A stretch of 64,000 bases of DNA from positions 18,938 through 82,937 of IMG/VR virus record IMGVR_UViG_3300032245_001466; one strand, written 5' to 3'. The notes beneath the pieces are model-generated. The model did not search any database. It saw only the letters and a list, made by a program, of their open reading frames with translations, and had not been told where the DNA came from. Made by a program: the position numbers and the translations under genes. The stretch is from a virus. The first letter of the stretch is position 1. The number at the start of each line of letters is the position of its first letter. Below, one piece after another: positions 48,697-59,100 of this stretch.

Positions 48697-49854
48697 ATGC
48701 CACAAATACTTACTAGTACCAATTTGCCAAATTACTCATCAGATCCATCTTCCCCAAATGAGGGTGAAATATATTTCAATACCGCAACTAACTCTGTTCG
48801 CATTTATGTTAACTCGACAGCCCTTAGCGCATCTAGATGGGTTGACCTTTCTGGATATCAAGTTCAATCATTTTCTGCTGGATCAACTACATGGACCCGC
48901 CCAAGCAATGTAAGTTATTTGAAATTTGTTTTTGTTGCAGGAGCTGGTGGTGGCGGTCAAAATGGTGAACTATTTACAACGCGAGGTGTAACTGGATCTG
49001 TCGTTAGCGCAAATGGCGCAAGCGGCGGAGGTTCAGGCGCGTGGGTTTACGCCGAAAATGTATATATTGGAAATCAATCAACAATTTCTGTTTTTGTACC
49101 TACTGGAGGATCTGGGGCAACTGCAAAAACGTTTACTAAATCTGCTGGCTCAACAACGGTAAGCACACAAGGATATGGGCAAGCCAGTCTTTCTGGTTCA
49201 ACAACAACGTTTGGCTCTTATATTTCAGCAGCAAGCGGAGTAGACTACCTTGGCGGCCAGACATCAACATCTACTATCTATGGTTTTTTAAATAGCGCTG
49301 GTAATGATGGCGGAGGTGCCGGCGGGACAATAAGCTATAATCCTGGAGATCCAGGAAGTGGCTCGGCCTTTCGTGATGCGTTGCCTCCGCAAAGCGGTTT
49401 CTCGCCAACGGCCGGAAGTGCAACAGTAACTTCTGGTTCTTCAACCGGAATCGTTACCATGGTCGGAACAAGTGTTGCTGGCGGAAATGTCTCTGCTTCG
49501 GCAAGTGCCAGTGGAGCGCGAACGGCAAGCGGCGGCGGGACAGGAATATCTTCAATATCAACTGCTGGGGTTGGAAGTGGTGGGCAGCCTGGTCAAGGTG
49601 GCGGAAATGGAGGGGGTTCTGCTGGGTCTGGAGCGGCAATGGGCATTAGTGCGTCGGCGGCAACAAGCGGTGTTTCTGTTAGCATTACATCAGGAAAAGG
49701 GGCAGATGGAAAGCCAGGATGTGGCGGGGGGGCTTCTGGGTCAGTTGCACTCGTTGCCCCAGCCGCGCAATATGATGGATTAACAATTAGCGCAACAGTG
49801 CCAGCAGGCGGGAATGGGGGCGATGGAATTGTTTACATTGCGTATGTGGCGTAA
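48697..49854 (+). CDS. glycine-rich virion protein, paralogue 2
   Basis: LPNYSSDPSSP..GEIYF, GSTTWTRP, ends GGNGGDGIVYIAYVA. Confidence 0.75.
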   Translation: MPQILTSTNLPNYSSDPSSPNEGEIYFNTATNSVRIYVNSTALSASRWVDLSGYQVQSFSAGSTTWTRPSNVSYLKFVFVAGAGGGGQNGELFTTRGVTGSVVSANGASGGGSGAWVYAENVYIGNQSTISVFVPTGGSGATAKTFTKSAGSTTVSTQGYGQASLSGSTTTFGSYISAASGVDYLGGQTSTSTIYGFLNSAGNDGGGAGGTISYNPGDPGSGSAFRDALPPQSGFSPTAGSATVTSGSSTGIVTMVGTSVAGGNVSASASASGARTASGGGTGISSISTAGVGSGGQPGQGGGNGGGSAGSGAAMGISASAATSGVSVSITSGKGADGKPGCGGGASGSVALVAPAAQYDGLTISATVPAGGNGGDGIVYIAYVA

Positions 49855-49856
49855 TC

Positions 49857-50993
49857 ATGCCTAAAATTACAACAAAACTTACGCTTCCAAAATATGCAAC
49901 CGCACCATCGAGTCCCGTTGCTGGAGATATGTTTCTTAATACCACAACGGATACTATTGATGTGCATGACGGAACTAACTGGCTTTCGTTAAATAGCAAA
50001 CTGACCATTGTTACATACACCGCTGGCTCATACACATGGACGCGACCAGAAACGGTTGAGGTTATTGATACCGTCGTTGGACTTGGGGCTGGTGGCGGCG
50101 GTGGTGCCGGGTTACTTCGGGTTAACACTGTAACAGGCTTTAATAATGGCGCCGGCGGTGGCGGCTCTGGGAGCGTTGGATTAATTCGTGGATTATATGT
50201 TGGAAATATTTCAACAATAAGCATTTTTGTTGCAACTGGCGGCTCTGGGGGGATTGCGGCAACCTATGCAAAAGCCTCTGGCGTTGTTGGAGATACTTCG
50301 TTGGTGACCCCAGCAACTCCAGCAAACCCATCGGCAACCACCTTTGGTTCATATCTTAACCTTGGTGCCGGGACACCTGGGTTGTCTTCTAGTACGCGGG
50401 GAGTTGGCGCATTTACAAGAAGCTCAACCGTTTATGGAGCAGTACTTTCTAATGGATCTACAGGCGGAACAGGGGCTGCTGGTGCCGCTGTTAACGGAGG
50501 CAGTGACGGCGGAGCGTCACCGCTTGCCTCATATTCATCTTTCAACGGTTTAACTGCCGCCTCTGGAAATCCTGGCTCCGCATTGACAAATAGCTCAAGT
50601 GGAATTTCAACAACCGTATATACTATTCCCGGGACTGGCTTGGCTACTGGTTCTGGTGGGTCCTCTGCAATCGGGGGCGGCGGGGGCGGAGCAAGTGGGG
50701 GCTCTGGTAGCACCGGTCGCGGCCCTTCTGGCTCAGGCGGGTCCGGCGGCGGCGGTGGTGCTGGTGGAAGCATTGGATTTGCTAGTATTACCGCAGCATC
50801 TGGTGTGACACTAAGCGCTTCCGCTGGCAATGGCGGTGCAGCTGCCGCTGCTGGCGCTGGTGGTGGTGGTGGTGGAACAATTTACGCAATGTTTTCTAGC
50901 GCTGCTACATACCAGGCGGCAACAGTAAATATTAGTTCTGGCGCTGGCGGGGCAGGTGGCGATGGCCTTATAATCATTGCATATCAAGGATAG
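49857..50993 (+). CDS. glycine-rich virion protein, paralogue 3
   Basis: LPKYATAPSSP..GDMF, GSYTWTRP, ends GGAGGDGLIIIAYQG. Confidence 0.75.
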   Translation: MPKITTKLTLPKYATAPSSPVAGDMFLNTTTDTIDVHDGTNWLSLNSKLTIVTYTAGSYTWTRPETVEVIDTVVGLGAGGGGGAGLLRVNTVTGFNNGAGGGGSGSVGLIRGLYVGNISTISIFVATGGSGGIAATYAKASGVVGDTSLVTPATPANPSATTFGSYLNLGAGTPGLSSSTRGVGAFTRSSTVYGAVLSNGSTGGTGAAGAAVNGGSDGGASPLASYSSFNGLTAASGNPGSALTNSSSGISTTVYTIPGTGLATGSGGSSAIGGGGGGASGGSGSTGRGPSGSGGSGGGGGAGGSIGFASITAASGVTLSASAGNGGAAAAAGAGGGGGGTIYAMFSSAATYQAATVNISSGAGGAGGDGLIIIAYQG

Positions 50994-51002
50994 GAGAGAA
51001 GC

Positions 51003-51221
51003 ATGGCACGATACGCTTTTGCGGACGCAAATAACGTCTGCAAGCAGATTATTGTTGGAGATCTAACTGAAGAGCAGTTAGCAGTTTTTGACAGAGACTA
51101 CGCTATCCTGTTTCAATCAACCGCTCGGTATGAGATTGGTGCGGAAGACCCGGTGCAGATTGGCTGGGAGCTAATAGATGGTGTATTTATAAATCCAAAC
51201 GCAACAAATGAGGAGATTTGA
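51003..51221 (+). CDS. small tail-fibre assembly-like protein
   Basis: MARYA....N...I.V...QIGW...DG.F..P pattern, often found after Gly-rich genes. Confidence 0.6.
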   Translation: MARYAFADANNVCKQIIVGDLTEEQLAVFDRDYAILFQSTARYEIGAEDPVQIGWELIDGVFINPNATNEEI

Positions 51222-51442
51222 TATGGAAGAAAGACAAATAACAATTGACGATCTGCTAAGAAAAATTGGCGCAATGACAATTCAGTTAGAAATTGCGCAA
51301 GCAACGATTGAGTCGCTTAAAAATGAACTGGAAAAAACCCGCTCTCTTAACGAACAAAAAGCAGACAAGAAAACCGTTGATAAGTAGTTGTACACAACTT
51401 ATAGTGTGGGTGTAAAACCAACCCTACACCATAGGTTGAGGT

Positions 51443-51628
51443 ATGACTGCGAACAACATCAACCAGATCCTTGATCGACTAGACAAGATTGACGAAGAAA
51501 TCTCCGCAATGCGTGTGGAGATGGCAGAAACACGCGGGGCATATCGCCTGGCAAAGTTTGTTATTGGCATTCTTGGCCTGACTGGAATTAGCGGCCTTAT
51601 GGCGTGGCTATCGGGGCAGGGAAAATGA
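51443..51628 (+). CDS. coiled-coil + TM small protein (holin-like)
   Basis: ILDRLDKID...; C-terminal TM. Confidence 0.5.
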   Translation: MTANNINQILDRLDKIDEEISAMRVEMAETRGAYRLAKFVIGILGLTGISGLMAWLSGQGK

Positions 51629-53190
51629 GCACAAAACTTATTGCAATTCTTGCAACCATTTGGCTCATTGCCGCCACGTTTGCCTATAGCGTTATTGCCT
51701 CGCCTGCTTTTGGGTCGCAAAACAATTACGTAGACCGCACGCAAGATTTTTGGATTACTGTTCCAGAGCAAAGTCTTTTACACATCTGGACTGATTTGTG
51801 CGACAACACCAATAGTGGTTGGTGTGGTGGAATTGTTGATTCCATGCTTTGGCTATATGACAGCAATGGCAACCTGGTTGCGGCCAATGACGATTCCTAC
51901 ACCGACCATACTGGTGGCTATTCTTTGGCCTCAACAATTCGCGTTTCTGTCCCAGCGGGAAATTATCGCATTCGAGCTGGAGTTTGCTGCGGTGACCCTG
52001 CTGCTGACAGGTTTTACGGCAATCATTACTACATGATTAGCAACTTTGAAGCCGAATTGGCACCAGGTACGCCATCGGCTACGTGGACGCCAACCCCGCC
52101 ACCAACTCCAACACCGGAGCCGACCCCGACATTAACGCCGGAGCCTACGCCAACGCCAGTGCCAGATCCATACCTCAACGCGCCAACTGGTTTGATGGTC
52201 ACTGTTTACAACGATGGCAATGTCTATCTTACGTGGAATGCTCCAGAGGAAAGTGGAACCAGCATTGAACGGTACGGGGTCTTCTGGACCACTGGAGATC
52301 TTGTGGGCTGGGGTGCCGCTTCTGGCGAAACCAATATGGGCATTGAAAACAGCGTCTTTGTTATTAACGGCGGCGTTGATCAAACCTATACATTCTGGGT
52401 CAGGGCTGACAATGACACGCTAGGCGTTTACTCGCCCGTTTCAGCGGCTGTTTCGGTGTTTGTTCCGGCCCCGCCGCCGCCAACTCCAAGCCCCACTCCG
52501 GAACCTACCCCAGAGCCTACCCCAGAGCCCACCCCCGAGCCAACCCCTACTCCGACCCCAGAGCCACCAAGTCCAAGCCCTAGCGTGGCTCCTACGCCTA
52601 CGCCAGAGCCTTCTGTAATCCCATCGCCGGTGCCAACGCCGACGCCAACCCCGGAGGTAACCAATGCGCCAACGCCAGACCCGACTGCCACACCCGAGCC
52701 GTCGCCCGAGCCAACGGCCACCCCTACGGACTCTCCTGCCCCTTCTGTTGATCCCAGCCCTGTACCTACTGACACACCTGGACCAATTGATCCGGGCGCT
52801 GCCGTAGGAGCAGTTACGGAGGCGGTTGGCGAGGCCGTAGCCGCAGTCGGCGAGGCGGTTAGTGCCGCTATTGACGCCGTTGCAAATCTCGGTAACGACA
52901 TTACTGAAAAAGAGCGCGAAGAAGCAAGAACTGTTGTTGGACCGGCGGTCATCATGACCACGATTGCTCAGGCTGCCGCATCCGCGGCGGCTGCAAGATC
53001 GGGTGGAGGCGGTGGTTGGTCTGGTGGTGGCGGTGATGGACCAAAGAAGCGCCCGGGAGGCGGGCGTGGTAAGGGTCCAGGCCGTCGCGCAGCCGCACGA
53101 GCAGCAGCAAGGAACGCAGCAAAGCCATCGCCGGCCAAGGCGCAAGATAGCAAGCCCATCAAGGGTGGGCAGAGGAGAAATCTGAAGTGA
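51625..53190 (+). CDS. exported protein: PPC-like domain + FN3 + Pro/Thr linker + hydrophobic C-terminus
   Basis: Signal peptide; [15 protein letters not shown]; APTGL...LTWNAP...YTFWVRA.N; PTPE repeats. Confidence 0.7.
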   Translation: MSTKLIAILATIWLIAATFAYSVIASPAFGSQNNYVDRTQDFWITVPEQSLLHIWTDLCDNTNSGWCGGIVDSMLWLYDSNGNLVAANDDSYTDHTGGYSLASTIRVSVPAGNYRIRAGVCCGDPAADRFYGNHYYMISNFEAELAPGTPSATWTPTPPPTPTPEPTPTLTPEPTPTPVPDPYLNAPTGLMVTVYNDGNVYLTWNAPEESGTSIERYGVFWTTGDLVGWGAASGETNMGIENSVFVINGGVDQTYTFWVRADNDTLGVYSPVSAAVSVFVPAPPPPTPSPTPEPTPEPTPEPTPEPTPTPTPEPPSPSPSVAPTPTPEPSVIPSPVPTPTPTPEVTNAPTPDPTATPEPSPEPTATPTDSPAPSVDPSPVPTDTPGPIDPGAAVGAVTEAVGEAVAAVGEAVSAAIDAVANLGNDITEKEREEARTVVGPAVIMTTIAQAAASAAAARSGGGGGWSGGGGDGPKKRPGGGRGKGPGRRAAARAAARNAAKPSPAKAQDSKPIKGGQRRNLK

Positions 53191-53384
53191 GCAAGTGGAA
53201 GAGCATTCTTATTCAAGCAGTTAACGATGTGGTTGGTCAATCTTGGACAATATTTGGTCTCCTTGTTGGCTGGATCGTCCTGCCAGACGGCGAGACCAGA
53301 GACTTCATTGGGACAACCCTTGCGGTCTTGACGCTTGCGTGGGCAATCACCATGCCGCTGCGCGTCTCTGCCGAAGAAGAGTAA
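53187..53384 (+). CDS. two-TM small membrane protein
   Basis: [17 protein letters not shown]. Confidence 0.6.
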   Translation: MSKWKSILIQAVNDVVGQSWTIFGLLVGWIVLPDGETRDFIGTTLAVLTLAWAITMPLRVSAEEE

Positions 53385-53423
53385 TTAAGAACTTTTTCTT
53401 TAACGTTATGGTATGCTCCCTGT

Positions 53424-53876
53424 ATGGAGCAAGTTACCAAGCGTGGAAGACCCAAAACCGACCCATTGGTTCGGTTTCTTAATCATGTCTCTAAGGCCGG
53501 GAACGGCTGCTGGGAATGGGCTGGCGCAAAAGACCCATCTGGCTATGGGGCGTTTAAGGACCAGCATGGCAAGAAGATCAACGCCCACAAGTGGCACTAT
53601 GAGCACGTCAATGGCCCTATCCCCAAGGGCCTTCAGGTGGACCACTTGTGTAGAAATCGCAAATGCGTTAACCTTGAGCACCTCGAGGTCGTAACCCCGA
53701 GAATGAACACCCGCAGGGGTGATGCTGGGAAGCTTCGGGCAACCCATTGCAGACACGGCCACGAATATACGTGGGAAAACACGTATTGGCGAAGGAATGG
53801 CGATCGAGAGTGCCGAACTTGTAAGTATTACGGCGGCAGGCTTGACCCAGCAATTAGGGGGCTAAACCAAAGATAG
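53424..53876 (+). CDS. HNH homing-type endonuclease
   Basis: CWEW.GA....GYG.F...AH...GPIP.GL.VDHLCRN..CVN..HLE.VT...N; THC..GH. Confidence 0.9.
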   Translation: MEQVTKRGRPKTDPLVRFLNHVSKAGNGCWEWAGAKDPSGYGAFKDQHGKKINAHKWHYEHVNGPIPKGLQVDHLCRNRKCVNLEHLEVVTPRMNTRRGDAGKLRATHCRHGHEYTWENTYWRRNGDRECRTCKYYGGRLDPAIRGLNQR

Positions 53877-53895
53877 CCTCGGAAAAGGAGAAAAA

Positions 53896-54333
53896 GTGAG
53901 CGAGGTAGCAAGGGAGACAAAGTTCTGGAAGAGCCTAGCCCCAAGCGGGCCATGGAGGGAATTCCAGTACCTAACCGAGACAAAATGCAAGGGTAAAAGC
54001 CTTGGCGATTTTGTTGATTTCTGGTCCGCTGAGCTGGGGTATAGCAAGTCCTCTGTGTGGTCTTGGCTTCGGGGGGAGCGATCTATTCCGGCAAACGCCC
54101 TCCAAAAGGCAGGTATTAAAGTTGACATTCAGGCTAAGTCCGTAAAGATTGTCTCGTCTGAATCGAACAGCGGTCTTTTGGCCCGACAGTCAGCAATTGA
54201 CATGATGTGCAACGGGTGCACGCTTGGTGACAGATTTTGTCGGATTAGCGACTGCCCGCTTCGGCCATTTAGCCCAAAACCACTTCACCCAAAGGCAAAC
54301 CCTATGGGCTGGAACAGAGTTGACGCTGAGTAG
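53896..54333 (+). CDS. HTH + Cys-rich protein
   Basis: AELGYSKSSVWSWLRGER; C..C...C...CPL. Confidence 0.55.
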   Translation: MSEVARETKFWKSLAPSGPWREFQYLTETKCKGKSLGDFVDFWSAELGYSKSSVWSWLRGERSIPANALQKAGIKVDIQAKSVKIVSSESNSGLLARQSAIDMMCNGCTLGDRFCRISDCPLRPFSPKPLHPKANPMGWNRVDAE

Positions 54334-54383
54334 TAGAATCGATACACCTTGCCCCTAGGGTCAGATAGCGTATTATCCTCTTT

Positions 54384-54779
54384 GTGAAGGGAATCTATGA
54401 GTCGCTCTTTAGTAAACTTGGCGGGGATGCAACCTTGCAGACCTCGCTCAGCGGTACTGCTGGCGACAAGAAGATCTACCCGATCACCGCAACAGTCCGG
54501 ACTGCCTTGCCAGCGATAAAGATTTCGGTGGAGAGCGGAACGTCTGATGCTGGATTTGGGATTAATCGCCCAGAAGTGGAAATTATGGTGGTTTCGGCTA
54601 CCGGATCTCCGCAACTGAGCGAGATCTCAAACCGCGTTGACGCTCTAATCAATACCAAAAACTTTCTTGGGTCGGGTATAACCGTTCATTTCGTTAAGAA
54701 AGTCGCCGAACGAGATGAATACGACGAGGCGACATTGGAGTATCGAAGGCGCCTTCGATACAAATTGATAGTAGTTTGA
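54384..54779 (+). CDS. probable tail terminator/completion protein
   Basis: IY..L...L...KIYP...LPAI; upstream of major tail gene. Confidence 0.6.
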   Translation: MKGIYESLFSKLGGDATLQTSLSGTAGDKKIYPITATVRTALPAIKISVESGTSDAGFGINRPEVEIMVVSATGSPQLSEISNRVDALINTKNFLGSGITVHFVKKVAERDEYDEATLEYRRRLRYKLIVV

Positions 54780-54791
54780 GGAGTATATAGC

Positions 54792-55355
54792 ATGCTAACT
54801 CTAGGATCGGGTACCCTTTCAGTGGCCCCATGGGTTGCTGGTGCTGACCCAGCAAATATTGCGGCCACGTATTCAACGATTTACACCATTGGTGAAGTCG
54901 GTGGCGATGTTGAGCTGAACATTGAGTTCCAGGAGGCCGAATTCCGCGGCCAGTCAAACTTTGTGATCGCCCGCGGTTACTACGGTGGCAACGTCACCGC
55001 AGCTGCCCGCTCGGTCGAGCTGAACTTTGAAAACCTTGCTCGCTTCTTCACCGTTGCAAAGTCAACGGTAAGCGCTGGCAGCGGCAACAGCAACATCATT
55101 TCCGCGACGCACAACGTGTTCACCGCAGAGTATGATGACAAGCCAACCGCAATGTATGTGCGCTTTGTGCACAAGCGAACCGACGACCCAGATAAGAAGG
55201 TTGTTGTTCACCTCTGGAAGGCGTTCTCAACCGCTCTGAACTTCCCGTTCATGCGTGAGGACATCTCGACGACCGACATTGACTTCAATGCCATCGTCGA
55301 CACGACCCTTGCCGGAAGCCTGGATGCAATCATCCGCGTCGAAATCGAAGGCTAA
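54792..55355 (+). CDS. major tail (tube) protein
   Basis: LTLGSG.L...IGEVGG.VEL; position before chaperone and TMP; terminator follows. Confidence 0.7.
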   Translation: MLTLGSGTLSVAPWVAGADPANIAATYSTIYTIGEVGGDVELNIEFQEAEFRGQSNFVIARGYYGGNVTAAARSVELNFENLARFFTVAKSTVSAGSGNSNIISATHNVFTAEYDDKPTAMYVRFVHKRTDDPDKKVVVHLWKAFSTALNFPFMREDISTTDIDFNAIVDTTLAGSLDAIIRVEIEG

Positions 55356-55379
55356 TTTAGCCTTGGGCCAGTGAGCCCA

Positions 55380-55413
55380 CAGAACCCCCGAGGCTTGTCC
55401 TCGGGGGTTTTCT
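55380..55413 (+). terminator. intrinsic terminator
   Basis: AACCCCCGAGG-CTTGT-CCTCGGGGGTT-TTCT. Confidence 0.8.
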
Positions 55414-55501
55414 GCTTTATAAATACATGTGGCGCTGGTTGCGCTATGATATCCACGCGGCGACTTGCCGTGATTGGAATGTAGGGAGATAGAAGGAAAA
55501 A

Positions 55502-55801
55502 ATGGCAAATCTAGTGGAAATTAGCCCTAAGAAGGCGCTTAACCTCAATGACCTGGCGGACCTTGAGGAGAAGTACGGGTCGGTTGACAAGATCGACTTT
55601 AACAAGTTCAACGTGCTCCGATATGTGCTCTGGCTTGCGATCAAGCGCAATGAGCCAGAAGTGACCGAGCGCGAAGTGGGCGATCGATTCGACATTAAGA
55701 GCATGCAGGATACCGTCACGAAGGTTCTTCGCGACAGCGGACTTTTGCCTGAAGAGCCCGAGGAGGGCGAGCAGGTGGGAAAAGCAGTAAATCCGGCGTA
55801 A
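55502..55801 (+). CDS. tail assembly chaperone (gpG-like)
   Basis: Between major tail and TMP; slippery G GGA AAA at 55777-55783. Confidence 0.75.
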   Translation: MANLVEISPKKALNLNDLADLEEKYGSVDKIDFNKFNVLRYVLWLAIKRNEPEVTEREVGDRFDIKSMQDTVTKVLRDSGLLPEEPEEGEQVGKAVNPA

Positions 55802-56115
55802 GTTGGTCAGATATTGATTGGGGAGTAATTATGGGGTCATATGCAGACGCCTTTGGATATACGCCAACGGACTTCATGCATATGACCCTTCCCCAGATCG
55901 CCTCTTTCGGGCGCTACATGGAAGAGCGCGATAAGAAGACCAAGTCTTCTTCAACGCACTCAAAAACCGGCGCAGGAAAGAAGATCCTTGATGCACCGGA
56001 TAAGCAGTCATCTATCGAAGCATTGGTCATGCAGTTTGGCAGCCCAGAGGCAAAGCAGAAGCTTCTGAATGAGCGCATTGATGCGCTCCGCAAGCGATCT
56101 GAGGAAAAGAAGTAA
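55783..56115 (+). CDS. -1 frameshift extension of the tail chaperone (gpGT-like)
   Basis: -1 frame is open from the slippery site into ORF 55831-56115. Confidence 0.7.
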   Translation, partial: SSKSGVSWSDIDWGVIMGSYADAFGYTPTDFMHMTLPQIASFGRYMEERDKKTKSSSTHSKTGAGKKILDAPDKQSSIEALVMQFGSPEAKQKLLNERIDALRKRSEEKK

Positions 56116-59100
56116 ATGGCCGAAGATCAGGTTAAACTTTCAGAAATCCTTGAAGACATACGTGGCGCCTTTTATGGCGAAATTCTTGATGATCCTAAAA
56201 CCGGTAATCTTCCGGCAGCTTCAATTAACAAAATTGTTTCTGCCCTTATGTCGGAAGCTGGTCTTACGGGAAACTCAAAAAGCACAGCAACGGCAGCTCT
56301 TGAGTTTCTTGAGGGCAGAAAAAGTTTAACAATTGGCGGGAAGCCATTTAATTCCCAAAAACAGGAATCGGTTCGTCGGCAGGTTCTTGAAAATAACGAA
56401 GGGGCAATTGACGCCCTTCAAAAGAAAACTCTTAGTGTCTCTCAGGTAAGGGCAGCAAGTCAGCAGGCACTTCTTGATCGATATCTTTCAAGACTTGCAT
56501 CCCTTGGTATTGACGCAAAGCGAGTTGATCTAGTAAAGGCTATCAAGGAAAGCGGAGACCTTCGCGGCGTTCTTAAAAAGGCAATTGCAAAAGACGAAAA
56601 GGGAATGCTTACCAAGCATGAATACGAAATTGCCGAAAACGACTTTATTGAAACATTTGTTGCCTCACAGCTAAGATCAAAGCTTAGCCCGCCAAAGCCA
56701 AGAAAATACGCAAGTAAGCAAGCCAAGTCCAGCGGAACTGTGTCTCCGGCGTATCTTAAAGCCGATGCAGAATCTAAAGCAGTTAACAGCATCCTTGGTG
56801 AGCTTGGGTTTGCGACTTCCGGAAATATTGCTGGCGGCATTACTCGGGGTGTTGCGCTAAAGATCCGATCGATTTCGATGTCAGACCCAGAAACTGCCTC
56901 AATGCTTTTGAGCATGTTGACATACGACTCAAGGGGAAAGCCTAGAAGCTCAAAGGATATTGCTGGCTTCAAGAGCGACTGGGTAAAGGTTGTTAATGCA
57001 GTTTCAAGAACTAGCGTTGGCTCTGTTGAGGAAAGAATCACCGAGGCTCTTATTGAGCTTGGTGACTCCGCAAAGAGATGGGCAGCAACCAAAAACCTTC
57101 CATTTGTTCCTGTTTTTAATAAGAAGGGCGCCGTCGACATTGAGGCAACGCTTGCCGGATATAGGGAGGGATCAAAAGAATACAAGGCGCTATATAAGCT
57201 TGCCTCTACGCTTACCCTTCCGCAAGCCGAAGAAGCAGTTTCTAAGGTCAAGACCAAGAGGAGCACGCGCGCTGCTGCTGATGCGGAGAGATCCCGCAGG
57301 AAACTTGAAAGGCTTCAGAAGCAGTCAGACAAAAGACAAGCAGAGGCAGATCGTGCCAGTAGCGTCTCCGCGGCAGTTTCTTCAGCAAAAAGAATTAGAA
57401 AATCCCTGGGCATAACTGGTTCGAAGACACCGCAACAGTTTTTGGCAACTCAGGAAGCAAGGCTTAGGGAAATTAAAGCAAGTCTTTCCAGGGCAGTAGG
57501 AAAAGACAATGCAATATCTGATCTAAAAGAAAGACAAGCCCTTGCCGATGAGGCGGCTGAGATTGGTAAAACAATTGAAAAACTTGTCACTCTTTCTGGT
57601 GTATTTTCAGGGGTAAGGCTCAAGCCTGGAGAGAGGCAGACCGCAAGAGATCTTGGCGTAAAGATTTCAGCAAAAAAACTTGAATCATTGGGCAATCTTA
57701 TTACCGTTGCATCTGATCCGTTTAGCACTTCGTTAACTCTTTCTGACCAAGAGCAAATTAAGGTAACAAAAAGAATTCAAACAGTTCTTAGTGCTGCTGG
57801 TATTAAGCTAAGTCAGCAAGAGGCGGAACTGATTCTTGGAAGTGGTTCAGTTATGGCGATCGACGAAGCCGCCGCTGCAAGGATATTTACGGCGGCAAAG
57901 GATTCCGCCAAGGACATTAGGGCCGCTCTTGATCAAGTCAAAACAGAACTTGGTATTGGCACTTCATCAAGAGAAAAAGCCGTAACGAAAGCTCAGGATT
58001 TAGCGCTTACAAAAATTCTTAAAGACGCAAAATCAAAAAATAGTCCCCTTAATCAGTACCAGGAATTTGCGCAGAGGTACATTAAAGCGGCCCAGGAAGA
58101 ATATGCTTCTTTGGACCCTAGTGATGAGGCTGGAAGGCTTAGGCTTACGGCTCAATTCACCAGGTCGCTCTATGAGCTTGTCAGGGGTGAGCGTCGACTT
58201 CTTTCCTCAATTTTTGGCCATAGTATTTCTCCAGAAAAGCATCAAGAATTAACGAAATTTGGCGGTGACCTTGTTAGGGTTGTTGCAGAGACTGGCCCAA
58301 ATCTTTATGTGTCGGTAAATAAAAGTAAAACCGGAGGACTTGCCGGGGATAGCGCAAGGTCTTCTGGGATGTCTGCTAGCGGAATGCTTGCGCTTGGTCT
58401 TCTTGCTAAAGACCCAAGAATCCTTAAGGGGACAAGCTACCAGGCGATTAGAGACGCTGCTGAAAGCATTCTTCCTGGCTATAGGGATATTGCGGCTGTT
58501 GTTTCTGGAAAAGCAACTATTTCTAAAGGCAAAATTGTTACTGCTGAAGAAGTTGCAAGAAAGAGATCTGAGGCAAAATCAACAAAAGACAAAGAAGCTC
58601 TTGAAACGATTAGGAAAATCCTTGCCGGAGACAAAGCTGCATTTACTGATCCAAAAGAAATGCTTAAGCTTGTTTCATACATTTCAAGCGCAAGGGGCGG
58701 AAAGCTAACTGCTACTAACTTTATTCAGTCGCTTCTTCAAAAGGCATCTGACCAAGGAAAGCTTGGAGCATCTGCTGGCGACCTATCTAAGCTTGCCGGC
58801 CTGTTTAAGATGGGGGCGGACGGATCAATTGCTGGTCCCGGTCCAAAAGCGCTCATGGGTGCCGGCGGAGTCGGCCTAGTTCAACTTGCAGACAGCCTCA
58901 GAAAGGTTCTAGATCCAAAGGGCGGAGACGTATCAGACGTCGGCAAGGCCCTTGGCGCAACTATTACAAAGTCCTTCCTCGAAGGTGGAGACCTCTTTAA
59001 AAAGGTTGCGACTAAGAATCTAGAAAAAACGCTTACAGATGCTGCAACTGAAACCGCAGCAAAGCTTGAAAAATCTCAAGCAGCAAGAACGAAGAGAGAA

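Noticed and set aside
47558-50993. Diversity-generating retroelement acting on the paralogues
   Set aside because: No reverse transcriptase seen and no near-identical TR/VR pair with adenine-specific differences noticed.
43879-53145. Long antisense ORFs over fibre, Gly-rich and Pro-rich genes
   Set aside because: By-products of low-complexity codon usage; no RBS or recognisable motifs.
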